DNA from: a virus
Taxonomy: Duplodnaviria; Heunggongvirae; Uroviricota; Caudoviricetes; Ackermannviridae
Virus record (IMG/VR): IMGVR_UViG_2974693523_000001
Coordinates: 102,803-148,180 of that record
Length of the DNA: 45,378 bases
Reading direction: 5' to 3' (one strand)
Position 1 is the stretch's first letter. Each line of letters begins with the position of its first letter. The translations under genes and the position numbers were made by a program. The notes under the pieces were generated by a model. That model searched no databases, was not told where the DNA came from, and saw only the letters and a program-made list of their open reading frames with translations. Positions 26,106-34,891 of the stretch are shown here, piece after piece.

Positions 26106-26639
26106 TTACCTTGAATGTGCGTTGCGCGCTTGGAAGAACCGCAAATTGACGGTAAATTGACCAAACGTGTTTTGAGCCTGTTGGTCCAACTCAATTTGAC
26201 CAACTTCTTGAGGCCAGCAATCTTCAAGTGTGTAAGTTTTAACCACTTGGTCTGCTGAATTAAGTAACTGCATTTCAAAATTTCGTAGTAGATCTGGTAG
26301 TTCACCAGTTCTTACGTTAGAAATTGAACCGTTAAATGCTTCTGCCCAACGCTCAAAGACATCATGTTCAAAGTGACTTTCAGTTGCAATAAACGTAACT
26401 GGTAGCATGTCAAATTCACGGTCTCCTGGGAATGGAAGAGTTCTTCCACCCCACATAACCGGAATTTCACCCATACGACCAACTGGAGTTGAAGAAGTGA
26501 TCGCCATTAGACTCAAGTCTTCGTTATCTTGTGCTGATGCAGCAAAGGCAGGCAAGTTGAAAACAATTTGCCACCTGTGTTGCCTTGCAACGCCACCACG
26601 ACGTTGCAGACCTGCACGGAATCTATCAATAGTAGCCAT
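26106..26639 (-). CDS. gp19: Tail tube protein
   Basis: GR.L.FPGDR.F...FERW and Y.L..CWPQ.VG.IELD motifs. Confidence 0.95.
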   Translation of the reverse strand: MATIDRFRAGLQRRGGVARQHRWQIVFNLPAFAASAQDNEDLSLMAITSSTPVGRMGEIPVMWGGRTLPFPGDREFDMLPVTFIATESHFEHDVFERWAEAFNGSISNVRTGELPDLLRNFEMQLLNSADQVVKTYTLEDCWPQEVGQIELDQQAQNTFGQFTVNLRFFQARNAHSR

Positions 26640-26652
26640 TTTCTACCCCTTA

Positions 26653-28947
26653 TTATTGAGCTATACCAACAACGCCTTCCATTTCTTCGAAAGACATGTC
26701 CGCGCGTAATGCCGCAAAATCCAACCAGATCCAATCAATTGCATTTGGCGCCTTAACAAATATACCAGCAACAAATTTGTTTTCGGCAACAATCTGCGCG
26801 TTATTGTTTGTCTCATCAACCTTAACACGGTAATCGATTACACCATTAAGATCTTTAAGATTACGCATATACGGCTCTACAGTTGTTCTAAACAGCGACC
26901 TTGTGTAGACAGTGTTGTTCTCACCGAGGAAGTATTTTGCAACCGCAGCAATATCTTGTTCCATCATAATAAACAAGTCACGAACGTTAATTCTTGAGAA
27001 AGAAGAAGGACGTTTTAGGCCTGTTTTTGTACCCATTAAGACAAAACCTTCCCCAGGTTCATAGATAATGGAGTTGATAGCATTTGAATACAGGATAGCG
27101 CGTTGGTCATCATCAGCACTCCAAGCAAGTCTTGAATAGTTACTATACTTACCACGGTTGTAGTATGAGAAAGCAACCCAAGGGCCATTCCTTTGCATGT
27201 TTAGAGCACGTTTACCAGCGGTACCACCAGTACATGGAACCCAACGCCATTTATCGTTGTATCGGTCATACATATAACCCCAGTTATCAACGCCAAACTG
27301 ATAACTTGTGGCGCGGGCAACTAGATCAGCGTATGCAGAAATAGCGGTGTGTTCTTCTTCTGGATTACTCAATATTGAATCGAGTGAAGGTGCCCAGATA
27401 GCAACACAATCTCGACGAGCAACAGCAACATCAATTGCTCTTTGTGTTTCCTGAATACTTTGTGCTGAGTCAACAATACCTTTAATGCGATAACGTTTAG
27501 CGTTACGCAATAGATCATAACCAACCATTCGACTAGCGTTTTCACTATCGGATACACCACCACTCAAAGGATAATTACCCGCAACCAGTTCAGTACCAAC
27601 AAAATAGATAAAGTTAGATGATTGGTTAACAACAGCTTCAAAGTTCGCGTTACTTCCGTCAGTTTTACGGGCACCATCTTCAAGTTTCATCAAACTATAT
27701 GATTCACCTGTAATAACATCACCACTAGAACCTTGAGATGACATAAGGCTATTGCCAAGGACAATACCAGACGATGTATTCTTATTGGTAATAAAACCAC
27801 CAGTTAAAAAACCGTCTTTTTCGTAATAAGAGATACCCCAAACTTCTGGAGAACCTTCCTTCACCAAGCTTGTTACAGGTAGAACAACACCCGCACTTGG
27901 ACCAACAATATCAGTAGGGTACTGGAATTGAATCTTGTGCATTGGTGCGTTTGATGGGGTTGTTAATTTAACTCTCCATTCACTATCTGTTGGATTACTT
28001 ACTTCTGTTTGAACTAATGGGAAGTTAGTATTAACTGATGCAACCAGCGCAGCCCAAATAAGACTTGGTTTAGTTGATTGACCATTTTGAACAGTTAATG
28101 CGTCGTATGTTTCGTTTGTGGTTTCGTTTCTAACAGTAAATACCCATTCAGTTGGAGTATTGTTTGTTAGTGTAATGTCAGCTTGACCATTAGAACGCAA
28201 AGACAATTCTTGGATCATCTCAGAAGCTTCTCTAACACGAGTAACAGAAGCTCTTGATTTAGCAGGTAATACACTTGCATGGTTCTTAAGAACTTGTTCT
28301 GCTGTCTGTCCTACTGTATATGCAACTTCACCATAACCCTTGTATTCAAGAGCTGATGAGACTGTAGCGGTACCAGAAAGCTCAAATGAAACTTTTGCGC
28401 CGTACGCACCACCAAAACCTGAAATTGAACCAACTGTATCAACAACAGCAATATTGTATTCACCTGCTTCAGGTGAATATTCAAAATTGTTTCTGAATTC
28501 CCAAGTTGGGAAGGTGGTATGATCCGCAACACTTACCAAAAGACTATTACCCAATTCACCAGCGTATCGCGCCATGAAATGTGTTCCAGTTTTCTTAAAG
28601 TCTGGATTTGCTGTGAAAACTTCTTCGTTTTTAACAAGAATATTTTCGCCGTATGCTGAACTAACCGCGTTAACTGCATTCAAACCTTCAACACGAACCA
28701 CGGTTAGTGCATTTGAATACGTCATATAATCGATAGCGATCATATGGTCAACATAGTTTTTATTAGTTGGTTTATAGAACTTTGAAATAAGTTCCTGTTC
28801 ACCACCTGTTAAGTCGATACCCTTTTCAATAGGACCCCAACCGAAAATACCAACCATAGCATTTCTGATTATGTTGTTATTAGCGGTATAAAGAGTCGCG
28901 TCTCGTTCAGTATATTGAACTGACGGTGCAACTGAGAAAGCGCTCAT
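26653..28947 (-). CDS. gp18: Tail sheath protein with a large internal insertion
   Basis: P.V..TE.D, G.F.WGP, YD.YND..RWVP, SSF.RINVR.LF and C-terminal sheath domain. Confidence 0.96.
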   Translation of the reverse strand: MSAFSVAPSVQYTERDATLYTANNNIIRNAMVGIFGWGPIEKGIDLTGGEQELISKFYKPTNKNYVDHMIAIDYMTYSNALTVVRVEGLNAVNAVSSAYGENILVKNEEVFTANPDFKKTGTHFMARYAGELGNSLLVSVADHTTFPTWEFRNNFEYSPEAGEYNIAVVDTVGSISGFGGAYGAKVSFELSGTATVSSALEYKGYGEVAYTVGQTAEQVLKNHASVLPAKSRASVTRVREASEMIQELSLRSNGQADITLTNNTPTEWVFTVRNETTNETYDALTVQNGQSTKPSLIWAALVASVNTNFPLVQTEVSNPTDSEWRVKLTTPSNAPMHKIQFQYPTDIVGPSAGVVLPVTSLVKEGSPEVWGISYYEKDGFLTGGFITNKNTSSGIVLGNSLMSSQGSSGDVITGESYSLMKLEDGARKTDGSNANFEAVVNQSSNFIYFVGTELVAGNYPLSGGVSDSENASRMVGYDLLRNAKRYRIKGIVDSAQSIQETQRAIDVAVARRDCVAIWAPSLDSILSNPEEEHTAISAYADLVARATSYQFGVDNWGYMYDRYNDKWRWVPCTGGTAGKRALNMQRNGPWVAFSYYNRGKYSNYSRLAWSADDDQRAILYSNAINSIIYEPGEGFVLMGTKTGLKRPSSFSRINVRDLFIMMEQDIAAVAKYFLGENNTVYTRSLFRTTVEPYMRNLKDLNGVIDYRVKVDETNNNAQIVAENKFVAGIFVKAPNAIDWIWLDFAALRADMSFEEMEGVVGIAQ

Positions 28948-28979
28948 GTTATTACTCCTCAAATTAATATTTGAATTAT

Positions 28980-31226
28980 TTAGTCGTTGTTGAACCAAGC
29001 GTCTATTGAACCTGAGGTAGTAACCTTTATTGGTCCAATTTGTTCATTAATTGTTTCTGTAGTTGTGTTACTTCTGTTTACACCACCAAACGGAATCATT
29101 TCATTGATTGCTTTTTCGTTTGCTGCTTCTAAAAGTTTGGTACCAACGTTATTTTCATAGATATCTATAAACCAATCTTGCTTAACAATCCAGCTAAACA
29201 GAACAAGAGTCATAACACAATCATCATGACAACCTTTATCAGCTTCATATCTATCACCTGACAGAACAAAAGTACCTAGTTCGTCTATAGTATCTAGATC
29301 CTCAACTAATAATAGACCTCTCTCAATTAACGCTTTTAAGTTAGAACATCCTATATTTCTAACCCTTGATGTAGTTTTTATCCCAGGTTTTGACATCCTA
29401 CCGCCAACCCTAATACCAGAACCGGCACGTTTTTGATCGGTTGATGTCATTATAGTTCCTTCGTATTCAAGTTCATACCAAAGAACAGTTATTGCTTGTC
29501 CACCTACGTCGTTGTTTGTTTCAACAAGAACAGGACATTTACCATATTGTTCACAAACAGAAACAATAGTATGAGGAAACAATAATGGTGATATTTCATT
29601 ACTTCTGAATTTTGCCGCTATCTTATATGGGTAGTCAGTAACATCAAAAATGGTTAGTACTGAATAATCTTGACCACAACCGCCACCGACGTCAGCAATA
29701 CCAATATATTTTCTTGTTTCATCATATCTTCTAAACACTTTCATATAATCACTAAGATCATCTAAAGGTCTTAGTGACAACATCATTTCTAACTGTTTAG
29801 AACCGATTAGGGTTAATGATGAACCCTTAAAGCTACAAGCATACTCTTGATCAAATCTTGCATCACCTATACGACGACGTTCGGCTTCCTCCCACCCTTT
29901 ACGATTTGCATAGTGTGGTACATTACGCCAAGTAACGGATGTGCGGGCAAATCCGTTAGAAATACCGTTTTCATCAGGTTCCGCTTCACGCCAGATTTTA
30001 TAGAACAATCCGCGCTCACCCTTAGGTGTTGAAGTCATAATAACTTTTGTATCTTCACCAGATGATATTGTTGGGAGTGTTGATTCCCAGAATTCCATAT
30101 CGTTTTCAATAAATGCTACTTCGTCAACGTACAGGAGTGCAATAGAGTTACCACGTATAGAATCAGCGGTTGTTGCGAATGCCCTTAATGTTGAACCGTT
30201 ATCAAATTCAACTTCAGTTGAGCCAAACTTGCGCACACCCCGTTGTAAGAAGAAAGGCAAATCCATATAAGCCTTGTTAACCCGTTTAAGGATTTCTTTG
30301 GCTTGTTTCTCTTTGTTTGCTAGGATTGCTATTTCTTTGTCTGGATGGAACATTGCATACCATAATAGGAATGCAGCCACCACAGTAGTATTATGGCTTA
30401 GAATACCATCGGTATAATACAAATGATCTTCGCTGTCAACTTGTATGTCATACATGTTGACTTCATAACCCATTTTTAATACTGATATAATCGCTTCAGG
30501 ACCGTTCTCTGTCAGTATTCTTTGACCAACCTTTAGGTTCTTAACATATTTTTGAATTGGTTGTTTAGAACTAGGTTTAAGCACAATATGATCATCAGCA
30601 CACTTTAAAGTCTTTCCACTTTCTGTTTCAATATACCAAACATCATATTCCTTTGTTTGATGTGCAGATTTTATTGGTTTAAACCCTGTATTTGTCCAAA
30701 CTTCATAATCACTAATGTTGTATGATGATATAAATTTTCTTTTTGTATTACTGGATAGTAGGTTTTTAGAACCATCACTTCCATCACCATCAACTACAAT
30801 CCATTCACCGCTCTTTTTAGCTATTTCATGAAAGAAAACACCAATTTTTATATCAGCAATATTACCAAATTTGTCTTTGATTTTTATTATGGTATCATGG
30901 TCAACACATTTACCAGATTGTCGTGCTTGAAGTGAAACGTTAAATCTGTTTTTCTGAAATGAACGAAAAAGCTCTGCTTGATATTCATACATATCAAACA
31001 GAATAAAACCTTTATCAACGCTTGTGATTTTGTAGTAATTTCGCGCAAAATACTCAGCATCAAGAGAACATCTTAAATATTCTCTTTGTTGTTCAGGGTT
31101 TAGCTCAAGTTCTACTTCAGCCGCTTTAATGTTAGGTTTTCGCATGAAAGTTTGATCCATGCGCAATCTAACATCCTTTATTTTATAACCCCTTTTCTCG
31201 GGCGCGAAACTGACTAACTTAGGCAT
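28980..31226 (-). CDS. gp17: Large terminase subunit, intein-containing
   Basis: ARQSGK/TT Walker A, YVDEVAF Walker B, TSTPKG, nuclease IADV and HDDCVM motifs. Confidence 0.97.
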   Translation of the reverse strand: MPKLVSFAPEKRGYKIKDVRLRMDQTFMRKPNIKAAEVELELNPEQQREYLRCSLDAEYFARNYYKITSVDKGFILFDMYEYQAELFRSFQKNRFNVSLQARQSGKCVDHDTIIKIKDKFGNIADIKIGVFFHEIAKKSGEWIVVDGDGSDGSKNLLSSNTKRKFISSYNISDYEVWTNTGFKPIKSAHQTKEYDVWYIETESGKTLKCADDHIVLKPSSKQPIQKYVKNLKVGQRILTENGPEAIISVLKMGYEVNMYDIQVDSEDHLYYTDGILSHNTTVVAAFLLWYAMFHPDKEIAILANKEKQAKEILKRVNKAYMDLPFFLQRGVRKFGSTEVEFDNGSTLRAFATTADSIRGNSIALLYVDEVAFIENDMEFWESTLPTISSGEDTKVIMTSTPKGERGLFYKIWREAEPDENGISNGFARTSVTWRNVPHYANRKGWEEAERRRIGDARFDQEYACSFKGSSLTLIGSKQLEMMLSLRPLDDLSDYMKVFRRYDETRKYIGIADVGGGCGQDYSVLTIFDVTDYPYKIAAKFRSNEISPLLFPHTIVSVCEQYGKCPVLVETNNDVGGQAITVLWYELEYEGTIMTSTDQKRAGSGIRVGGRMSKPGIKTTSRVRNIGCSNLKALIERGLLLVEDLDTIDELGTFVLSGDRYEADKGCHDDCVMTLVLFSWIVKQDWFIDIYENNVGTKLLEAANEKAINEMIPFGGVNRSNTTTETINEQIGPIKVTTSGSIDAWFNND
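30390..30908 (-). mobile_element. 173-aa mini-intein in the terminase Walker A motif
   Basis: Starts CVDHDT directly after SGK; block B T..CADDH, block F YDIQV, ends SHN followed by T. No endonuclease domain. Confidence 0.93.
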
Positions 31227-31956
31227 CTAATTCACCTTCTTCATTATCTATATCAGCTTCTTCAATTTCACCTTCTAAGGTTCTTTTTTTGAAGTCTTCC
31301 AAAATAGATCTTGGGTCTTCACCGGCGTCTAAACGTTCATAAGCTTCATCAGGTACATCATTCATGTTACCGCCAAAACCCTTAACAAGCATTGCCATCA
31401 TGTCAAGTCTTCTTGCTGTAGTTGCAACAGTAACCTTTTTACCATCTACTTCAACGGTAGTGGTTGTTGTTGTGCCACCTTCATCAAAACGATCGCTAAG
31501 ATTGGTTGTTGGTTTTGCTTTAATTTTTGTTTCAACTGATAATTTAGAAGAATTAAGCATATCGTTATGAATTTTTCTTAATTGTTCTACAGTTTCATTC
31601 AATGCAGCAATACAACGAGGGTTTTCTGTATTTGCAAAACCCTTTACAAGGACTGGAATGACATTAAGATAAAGCTTACTTAAACCATAGTTAACATTAC
31701 GAACATATTTATGGTCCGTCTGTAAGTCAGTCCCTGGAATATCTTCAGCCTGTGACTCTTTTTCTTCAATTACCAGATCTGGTATTTCAATTGGTGTATA
31801 GTCATCATCAACGTCATCTGCACCACCAAATTCACTAGGGTCCATGAGTTGACGTCTATTTTCATCTAAAGTTTCTCTTGAAATACTTTGAACAGCAAAT
31901 TCTTCAGCTTCAACTGATTTCAAAGTATTCAATAGTCTGTTAGTTAACTCATCCAT
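31219..31956 (-). CDS. gp16: Small terminase subunit
   Basis: D..YVR...A...ENPR...AL pattern; position between gp15 and gp17. Confidence 0.75.
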   Translation of the reverse strand: MDELTNRLLNTLKSVEAEEFAVQSISRETLDENRRQLMDPSEFGGADDVDDDYTPIEIPDLVIEEKESQAEDIPGTDLQTDHKYVRNVNYGLSKLYLNVIPVLVKGFANTENPRCIAALNETVEQLRKIHNDMLNSSKLSVETKIKAKPTTNLSDRFDEGGTTTTTTVEVDGKKVTVATTARRLDMMAMLVKGFGGNMNDVPDEAYERLDAGEDPRSILEDFKKRTLEGEIEEADIDNEEGELDA

Positions 31957-31964
31957 TTCAACAC

Positions 31965-32897
31965 CTATAAACTATCTGGTAAATCATTATTAATATAGTG
32001 AACAAAATCTTCAACTTCTGTTTCATGATCTACATTAAATTCTATTAGATTAACACCATTTTCAATATTAATAACTGATTCTATTGAAATACCTTTTTGT
32101 CTCTCTAGAGCTTTTGGTAAATCCTCATTTATAAATTTACTAAACTCGTCTTCAATTATACTTGTATTTCTAACCCTTTGTTCTAGAGCTGAAACACCTT
32201 GTTCAATTGCATTAATATCTATTTCATTATCCTGTGATTTAACACTAAACCATCTGTCGAGAGGATCTTGAGTCATTGATCCAGACTCGTTAGTTTCCAG
32301 AATAACTTCTTCAATAACATTCACTGGAGTTGATGTATCACCATCACCTGAATATATATTTCCACTCACTAAGAAAAGAATTGAAACAGTATAACTAACA
32401 GGTTCTTCTGAATCACTAAAGTTGTCTTCTATAGGTCTATACTGAATTTTAACCTTTATATCTGTTTTATTTTTATGATTGGGATGATCTTTTATTCTAA
32501 AAACGGCAAATGGACTAAACACACTAATAATTTGTTCTACTATTTGCAAAGCGTGAGATCTCTTTTTAGTGATTGCTGTATATTCATATGAAAATATTCT
32601 AGGTGTAGGTACTCTTGTTGGTTTACCAACACCACAATTAAAAGGTATATTTATGTTGAGTTGTCTTTCTTCATCAGGTTCAATATCAAGAAGTTTAATA
32701 GTTGCTCTAGGAAACTCGTTTTCGTATGAAGGTGGTTTTGCTGTTATGTAAGTTGATCTCTCACCAGAAGAACTGAACATAGGTACTTGGACAAGTTTAT
32801 CACCCACCATTATTTTCAAATCAACTAGGGCAGCCTCCAAAGCAACTTGATATAAACGGATGTTACCGTTATAAAAATAATTTTTGAAAAGTCCCAT
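31965..32897 (-). CDS. gp15: Tail sheath stabiliser / tail terminator
   Basis: YFY...IR.Y, FPR, QIVEQI...F.P motifs. Confidence 0.85.
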   Translation of the reverse strand: MGLFKNYFYNGNIRLYQVALEAALVDLKIMVGDKLVQVPMFSSSGERSTYITAKPPSYENEFPRATIKLLDIEPDEERQLNINIPFNCGVGKPTRVPTPRIFSYEYTAITKKRSHALQIVEQIISVFSPFAVFRIKDHPNHKNKTDIKVKIQYRPIEDNFSDSEEPVSYTVSILFLVSGNIYSGDGDTSTPVNVIEEVILETNESGSMTQDPLDRWFSVKSQDNEIDINAIEQGVSALEQRVRNTSIIEDEFSKFINEDLPKALERQKGISIESVINIENGVNLIEFNVDHETEVEDFVHYINNDLPDSL

Positions 32898-32899
32898 AA

Positions 32900-33526
32900 T
32901 TAATCTCCAAACTCTATATCAATGTCATCTTTTTTAGCTTCTCTTTCGGCAGCTTCGGCACTTGTAAAATCGTATGGTAGGATAACACCATCTTTAACAA
33001 TATCTTCATTAAGTCCAACAATTTCTTCTTCGATATTGTCAAAATCTTCTTCAATATCAATGTCTTCATAACCAAATCTAAATCTAGAGCATTTAAGACG
33101 CCATACGTAGTTTTGCCCCCACTGTAACCAACTTTCATCTTCAAGAGTTTTATCAACTTGGAACGTCATATCAGCGGCAGGAATATAAATAAGATCACCA
33201 TCCCTAGGTCTTTGAGACTCAACAAGTTGTACAAATCTTCTTTGTGAAAAAACAAATGTTGCTGAATCTTCCATAGTAAATCCAACAAAAAAGTTATGAC
33301 CACCACCGTTAAAATTCATTATGTCTTCAACCATCATTTCAATTTTGGTTGCTTGGCTAAAGCGTTCATTTACAGCTTCAACAAAGACATCATCGTTCTC
33401 AACTAGTTCCCTGCGAAGATAGAAAACATCAACCCCAGAAGCTGCAATAGCCTGATCCACCAAACTTTGAATAAAATTTTTGGTGTGTGGATTATTCATT
33501 TGATTAAAATATGGATTAGTGGCCAT
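32900..33526 (-). CDS. gp14: Neck protein
   Basis: TNPYFN, G..V.YL.R, P.DGDLIY.P, F.YG.E motifs. Confidence 0.92.
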   Translation of the reverse strand: MATNPYFNQMNNPHTKNFIQSLVDQAIAASGVDVFYLRRELVENDDVFVEAVNERFSQATKIEMMVEDIMNFNGGGHNFFVGFTMEDSATFVFSQRRFVQLVESQRPRDGDLIYIPAADMTFQVDKTLEDESWLQWGQNYVWRLKCSRFRFGYEDIDIEEDFDNIEEEIVGLNEDIVKDGVILPYDFTSAEAAEREAKKDDIDIEFGD

Positions 33527-33561
33527 TTTTGATATTTCCTGATATTATTTTTCATATATAG

Positions 33562-33589
33562 CAAAACGGGGCTTGCAAGCCCCGTTTTG
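33562..33589 (-). terminator. Terminator after gp13, followed by late promoter CTATATA (33555-33561)
   Basis: Inverted repeat caaaacggggctt-gc-aagccccgttttg. Confidence 0.75.
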
Positions 33590-34339
33590 TCACCCAACCA
33601 TAAACCCAAGGGGTAGACTCCATTTAGTCCGTAACTCTAATTCAAGTGCATCAAGCTCTCTCACAGCATTTTCGTAAATTCTATCACCATTTATTTCTAA
33701 ACCGCCAGCGAGTTTCACGCCTTGTAAATTTATTAGAACATCACCCCATATTTTTTTGGCGTTAGCTACAGCATAAGCCTGTAACCATGCATTATTCCAA
33801 GCATCACAAAATTCCGTTTTATTGGGATCTACGTTTTGTCTTGTTTCCATAGCAATAGTTTGCCCTTCAATCAAGCGCATCTCCATAATAACCTTCTTAG
33901 AGTGTCGATTATATGAAAAAGTCATTGGTTGATTAAACTGATTGCGGATTGTTTTTAGACGTTGACGTAATAAAGTAAAATCAGAAGCTCTAATAGTTGA
34001 ATAAGCAGAAGCGCCAGCGACTGTAGAATAGGCTGTTTGCCAAGGTACTGTATGCCATTCACCAACACCATACGAGTTACCCACTTGGATAATCGTGTCT
34101 ATTGAGTCAATACCTAATTCATCAGGAATAATAAATTCTTTAGAACTAGCTTCTTCTTCAGTTAAAACTTTAGTGAAAAATTTAGTTTGAACTCCATGCA
34201 TATGTTCATCCCAAAATCTTTCTAGTGACATTTGAACGGCATCTTCAAATTGTTCAGGAGCTAGGTTAACAGTAACCACTGGATGACCTAATCTTCTTTT
34301 TATTAATTCAATAAACTTTTCTTTTGTATCAATGTTCAT
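33590..34339 (-). CDS. gp13: Neck protein
   Basis: I.RRLG.PV..VN, WL..YA.A..K..WG and G..L.GG..ING..IY motifs. Confidence 0.93.
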   Translation of the reverse strand: MNIDTKEKFIELIKRRLGHPVVTVNLAPEQFEDAVQMSLERFWDEHMHGVQTKFFTKVLTEEEASSKEFIIPDELGIDSIDTIIQVGNSYGVGEWHTVPWQTAYSTVAGASAYSTIRASDFTLLRQRLKTIRNQFNQPMTFSYNRHSKKVIMEMRLIEGQTIAMETRQNVDPNKTEFCDAWNNAWLQAYAVANAKKIWGDVLINLQGVKLAGGLEINGDRIYENAVRELDALELELRTKWSLPLGFMVG

Positions 34340-34341
34340 AA

Positions 34342-34725
34342 TTATTCCCCTTTCTTTTCAGAATAAGGGATTTTTTGGTCCATATACCATTTAATCCTGT
34401 TAAGATCGTTGATTGAGTTTTCCATACCCTCAACCTTTTTCTTCATATCAGTAAAATCTCGTTGGATTACACCCATCATAATATTAGAGTTCGATACTAA
34501 TCCCTTTATATCAGCTAATTCAGCTCTAAAATCATTTACATCAACAGATTTTGTCTCAAGCACTGTTACTCTCGTTGACAAAGCTTGTAATTTGTCAGGG
34601 ACGGGGGAGAGGTTGTTGAGTTTTTCAGAAGCCGAACCCGCAAGGTATAGCCATGAACCTGAAGAAACTACCGCACTTATTACGACTGCGGTTGCCACGT
34701 TTTTGAAGTCAATCATTTTGCTCAC
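34342..34725 (-). CDS. Membrane-anchored coiled-coil hypothetical protein
   Basis: Hydrophobic segment at about aa 10-28, followed by heptad repeats. Confidence 0.7.
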   Translation of the reverse strand: MSKMIDFKNVATAVVISAVVSSGSWLYLAGSASEKLNNLSPVPDKLQALSTRVTVLETKSVDVNDFRAELADIKGLVSNSNIMMGVIQRDFTDMKKKVEGMENSINDLNRIKWYMDQKIPYSEKKGE

Positions 34726-34891
34726 CTAACATTTTTTCAAGTTTCTCTAACTTGGCTTGTAAATCTAGGGCGCGTCTACGCGCCGCTATACTTTCTTCAT
34801 AAGCACTTTTAGAAGTGTTTATAACAAGCCCCTGAGTGGATCCTTTTCGGACCCACTCTGTTTGACCTTCTACTTTCATATCTTGTATCAT
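34709..34891 (-). CDS. Small hypothetical protein typical of T4-like tail regions
   Basis: KVEG...R.....G.VINT...AYE pattern. Confidence 0.7.
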   Translation of the reverse strand: MIQDMKVEGQTEWVRKGSTQGLVINTSKSAYEESIAARRRALDLQAKLEKLEKMLGEQND

